Assembly: GCA_963702845.1 (NCBI GenBank)
Contig: OY969763.1
Location: 608,001-672,000, forward strand
DNA: 64,000 bases
From: an uncultured Verrucomicrobiae bacterium
GTDB taxonomy: Bacteria; Verrucomicrobiota; Verrucomicrobiia; Limisphaerales; Palsa-1400
Direction: 5' to 3'
In this document: positions 61,144 to 64,000 of the stretch, in pieces
How positions within the stretch are numbered: position 1 is the stretch's first letter
How the letters are laid out: every line of letters begins with the position of its first letter
The notes under the pieces: model-generated
Told to the model about the DNA's origin: nothing
What the model saw: only the letters and a program-made list of their open reading frames with translations
The model's database searches: none
Translations under genes and position numbers: made by a program

Positions 61144-62583
61144 ATGCGTCAGCTTCGAATCATTAAGGCGGGATTGATGACCCTATTGCTTCCGGTAATG
61201 GCCGGTTTTCTTTTCACGACGGTTTTCGCGCAAAGCGTCGTGACGGTCACGATCGATACCAACGCACCGTTACGGCGGCCGATTTCGGATGACTTTGTTG
61301 GGCTGAGCTTTGGGATGCGGGCAGTGTTGGGCAAAGAAGACGGAGCGCATTTTTTTAGTCCATCGAATTCCGCGCTGATTACGTTGTTTGAGAATGTCGG
61401 AATCAAACATTTGCGGATGGGCGGGACTTCGGTGGAGGCTCCGCCAATGACTCCGATTCCGGACAGAGACGACATTGATAATTTGTTTGGGTTTGCGCGT
61501 GCTGCGGGCGTTGCACGGATTATTTATTCGTTGCGATTGCTTGAGACGAATGCGGCGCTGAATTACGAAGCAACAAATGTCGAGATCGCGAAATACATTT
61601 GGAGCCGTTATCGGTCGCAACTCGATTGTTTCGCGATTGGGAACGAGCCGGATCTGCGTCGGGTTTTTGACCAGGATTACGCGATTCGAGATTTTTCAAC
61701 GTATTTGCAGAAGTGGCAGCGGTATTCGTCGGCGATTGTCGCTGCTCTACCGGAGGCGAAATTTGCCGGGCCAGACGGCAGTGGCAACGTGGGCCGGACG
61801 ACCGCGTTTGCGAAGGCGGAATGTCCGACGGGTTTGTTGAAGATGGTGACCGACCATTTTTATGTCGGAGGAAAAGGGCGCGATGTTCCGGCACGTCGCG
61901 GAATCGATGACATGTTGTCGCCGGGGTGGATCGCGAGGAATGAGAAGCGGTTTGAGGCGGCGGCGGTTCCGGTTTTCAATCTTGGTTGTGCGTATCGATT
62001 GACGGAGGCGAACGATCATTATAGCGGCGGTGTGCCGGATGCGAGTGACACGTTTGCGGGCGCGTTGTGGGCGCTGGATTTTTTGCACTGGTGGGCGGCG
62101 CACGAGATCGCTGGCGTGGATTTTCATAATACGCAATGGGTGGTGAATGATGTGCTGACGCATGATACACATGGCGACTTGCGGATTAATCCGAAGGGTT
62201 ACGGATTGAAGGCGTTTGCAATTGGAAGCAAGGGTTCGCCGGAACGGGTGAAGGTGGTGAACAAAAGCGGCGTTAATTTGACTGCGTATTCGGTTCGACA
62301 TGGCGATGAACATTTTGTGACGTTGATCAATAAGGAGCACGGATTTGGCGCTCGCCGCGCGAAGATTACTATTGCGGGTGTGCGCGCGAGTGGTGCAGAG
62401 ATGATGGAGATGACGTCGGGCACAGCAGGGGTTGCGGCGAAGACGGGGATTACATTGGGAGGAGCGGAAATCACGAGCGACGCGCCGTGGGAAGGTCGAT
62501 GGATGAACTTGAAGGTGAATAAAGCGGGGATATGTGTTGTGAAGGTGGCGGCGGGGTCGGCGGTGATTATAAAGGTGAAATGA
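61144..62583 (+). CDS. GH79-like glycoside hydrolase (beta-glucuronidase/heparanase family)
   Basis: DFVGLSF, LRMGG, IGNEPD (acid/base), RLTEAN (nucleophile), SDTFAGALWALDF. Confidence 0.75.
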   Translation: MRQLRIIKAGLMTLLLPVMAGFLFTTVFAQSVVTVTIDTNAPLRRPISDDFVGLSFGMRAVLGKEDGAHFFSPSNSALITLFENVGIKHLRMGGTSVEAPPMTPIPDRDDIDNLFGFARAAGVARIIYSLRLLETNAALNYEATNVEIAKYIWSRYRSQLDCFAIGNEPDLRRVFDQDYAIRDFSTYLQKWQRYSSAIVAALPEAKFAGPDGSGNVGRTTAFAKAECPTGLLKMVTDHFYVGGKGRDVPARRGIDDMLSPGWIARNEKRFEAAAVPVFNLGCAYRLTEANDHYSGGVPDASDTFAGALWALDFLHWWAAHEIAGVDFHNTQWVVNDVLTHDTHGDLRINPKGYGLKAFAIGSKGSPERVKVVNKSGVNLTAYSVRHGDEHFVTLINKEHGFGARRAKITIAGVRASGAEMMEMTSGTAGVAAKTGITLGGAEITSDAPWEGRWMNLKVNKAGICVVKVAAGSAVIIKVK

Positions 62584-62605
62584 GTCGGCGTGGCGCTGCA
62601 ATCTC

Positions 62606-62667
62606 AACGCGAAGACGCAAAGGTGCAAAGGCGCGGAGAGGAACAGAAGGAAACGAAGGAAACGAAG
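62606..62667 (+). repeat. Purine-rich repeat modules A+B, left of the GNAT gene
   Basis: AACGCGAAGACGCAAAG...GGCGC then GGAACAGAAGGAAACGAAGGAAACGAAG. Confidence 0.7.
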
Positions 62668-62749
62668 AGGAGAATCGTTAATCTTCGCTAATTGGCCGTT
62701 GATGAATGGTGTTGACTGGCTATCGGTTGTTGCCGACAACTACGCGGAA

Positions 62750-63262
62750 ATGATTATTCGACGGATACAGGCGAGTGATGCGGCGGGGTATCAGGAGGTT
62801 CGCAAGGCGGCGTTGAAGGATGTTCCGCAGTTTGTGGGGCCGTTGGGAGAACAGGAGGCAAATTGTGCGCTCAACGAACTGGAGACGCGGATTAAGAATG
62901 AGGAGGCGGAAGGGATTTATCGTTTCGGAGTTTTTTTGGATGGACGCTGTGTTGGGGTCGCGGCGATGAGTCGGAAGTTGAATCCGAAGTATGCGCACAA
63001 GGTGTTTTTTTGGGGATTGTATATTTTGCCGGAATTTCGAGGGCGATCGGTCGGTCGCAAGTTGATGGAGGAACGGATTGCGTTTGCCCGGACATTGTCC
63101 GGTGTTCGGTTTGCCACATTGCACGTAACGACGACAAATGAGCCGGCGCGGATTTTGCATCAGAAATTTGGGTTTGTGAGTTGTGGGGTTGAACCGGAGG
63201 CGATGTGTCTGGATGGGAAGTTTTATGATTTTGAGTTGATGCAATTGGATTTGAGTGCGTGA
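62750..63262 (+). CDS. GNAT N-acetyltransferase
   Basis: H...WGLYILPEFRGRSVGRKL, LHVTTTNEPA..LH.KFGF..CG.EP.A. Confidence 0.9.
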   Translation: MIIRRIQASDAAGYQEVRKAALKDVPQFVGPLGEQEANCALNELETRIKNEEAEGIYRFGVFLDGRCVGVAAMSRKLNPKYAHKVFFWGLYILPEFRGRSVGRKLMEERIAFARTLSGVRFATLHVTTTNEPARILHQKFGFVSCGVEPEAMCLDGKFYDFELMQLDLSA

Positions 63263-63267
63263 GATCG

Positions 63268-63334
63268 GGAACCGAAGCGAACGAAGGAAACGAAGATGTT
63301 TAACGCAAAGACGCGAAGAGCAAAAGGCGCAGGG
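63268..63334 (+). repeat. Purine-rich repeat modules B+A, right of the GNAT gene
   Basis: GGAACCGAAGCGAACGAAGGAAACGAAG then AACGCAAAGACGCGAAG...GGCGC. Confidence 0.7.
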
Positions 63335-63397
63335 GAGCAAAGGGAGTTCTCAGCCGTTAATCGCACGCGTGGCTGGCTGAAGCCGAGACTCCATATG

Positions 63398-64000
63398 TTA
63401 CGCGTTTTCGACCACGGGCTGCGGATGGGCGACCTCGCCGAGGTGCTCTTTTTCCTTTAAGCCCATGTAGACGACACCGCCGACCATGCTCCAGAAAAGG
63501 CCGCCGGCGAAAGCCAGCAACGACAAAGAGAGGGACTTGGTTTGCGGAACGTTGAGGACGACCAGTAGCATGACGAAGAGGTTTTCGCGGACGCCCAGGC
63601 CGCTTGGGGTGATGGGCAGCGCGGAGATGCAGAACACGATCGGGACGACCACAAACAGGGCCTGAGTCACTTCGACGCCTAAACTCTTGGCAAGGAACAA
63701 CACTTGGAAGACGCAGAAGGTGTTCAGGATGAGTGACAGGCCGACGGTTTTAACAAGGAGTTTTGGTTCTTTGCCGAATTCGCGGCAGCTATCCAAGGAA
63801 CGTTCGAGCATTTCGCCTTTGGGCAAACGACGGAGGTAGTGGCGCGCGCGCGGAAAACGTTTGGAGACGCCGCCCCAGAAGGCAATGCCGAGAACGACAG
63901 TTAACGCGCCAAACATTCCCAGGATGATGAGGCACAGGCCCCAGTATCGTTTGTATTTGAGGACGATGTGCAGATTTACGGCCATCATCAGAGCTGCGTA
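63398..64000 (-). CDS. Lysylphosphatidylglycerol-synthase TM (flippase-like) protein, 5'-partial
   Basis: ISALPITPSGLGVRE motif; multiple TM helices; runs off the window end. Confidence 0.8.
   Translation of the reverse strand, partial: YAALMMAVNLHIVLKYKRYWGLCLIILGMFGALTVVLGIAFWGGVSKRFPRARHYLRRLPKGEMLERSLDSCREFGKEPKLLVKTVGLSLILNTFCVFQVLFLAKSLGVEVTQALFVVVPIVFCISALPITPSGLGVRENLFVMLLVVLNVPQTKSLSLSLLAFAGGLFWSMVGGVVYMGLKEKEHLGEVAHPQPVVENA

Noticed and set aside
61747..63340. Long minus-strand ORFs (330 and 206 aa) and similar antisense ORFs elsewhere
   Set aside because: Shadows of well-supported genes on the other strand, favoured by GC content and skew; no recognisable motifs

Overview
64 kb of bacterial chromosome, most likely Verrucomicrobiota (Pedosphaera/Limisphaerales-like). 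This is inferred from the gene families, the ECF-TIGR03435 fusion and the repeat types. No rRNA, tRNA, CRISPR array, transposase or integrase was recognised. Contents: housekeeping genes (aas, hpt, xseB, dxs, xylA, msrA, yacG, rdgB, mpl, gatB, folA, LptF/G permease); a urate/allantoin catabolic cluster (puuD, uraD, uraH, allC, allB, allE and a plant-type ureidoglycolate amidohydrolase) split by a 2.9-kb insert; stress-type genes (DegQ-like protease, two ElaB/YqjD paralogues, BON protein); a GH1-like/GT/glf/GH51 operon; an operator-linked ispH/membrane-protein module; and secreted glycoside hydrolases. Two zones (about 28.6-38.2 kb and 54.4-55.6 kb) carry many single-base indels that also break gatB, so they are probably sequencing errors. 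Best leads: (1) three unlinked secreted proteins with different N-terminal parts share an unnamed ~330-350 aa beta-rich C-terminal domain, a candidate sorting or anchoring system; (2) two intergenic units of near-consensus sigma70 promoter followed by a 10-bp-period repeat array, one with an rrn-like hairpin plus boxA but no rRNA; (3) a plant-like, urease-independent ureide pathway whose PuuD has no cytochrome c domain; (4) a 17-bp palindrome linking a wHTH regulator pair to an ispH operon. All family assignments are by eye from motifs; no searches were run.
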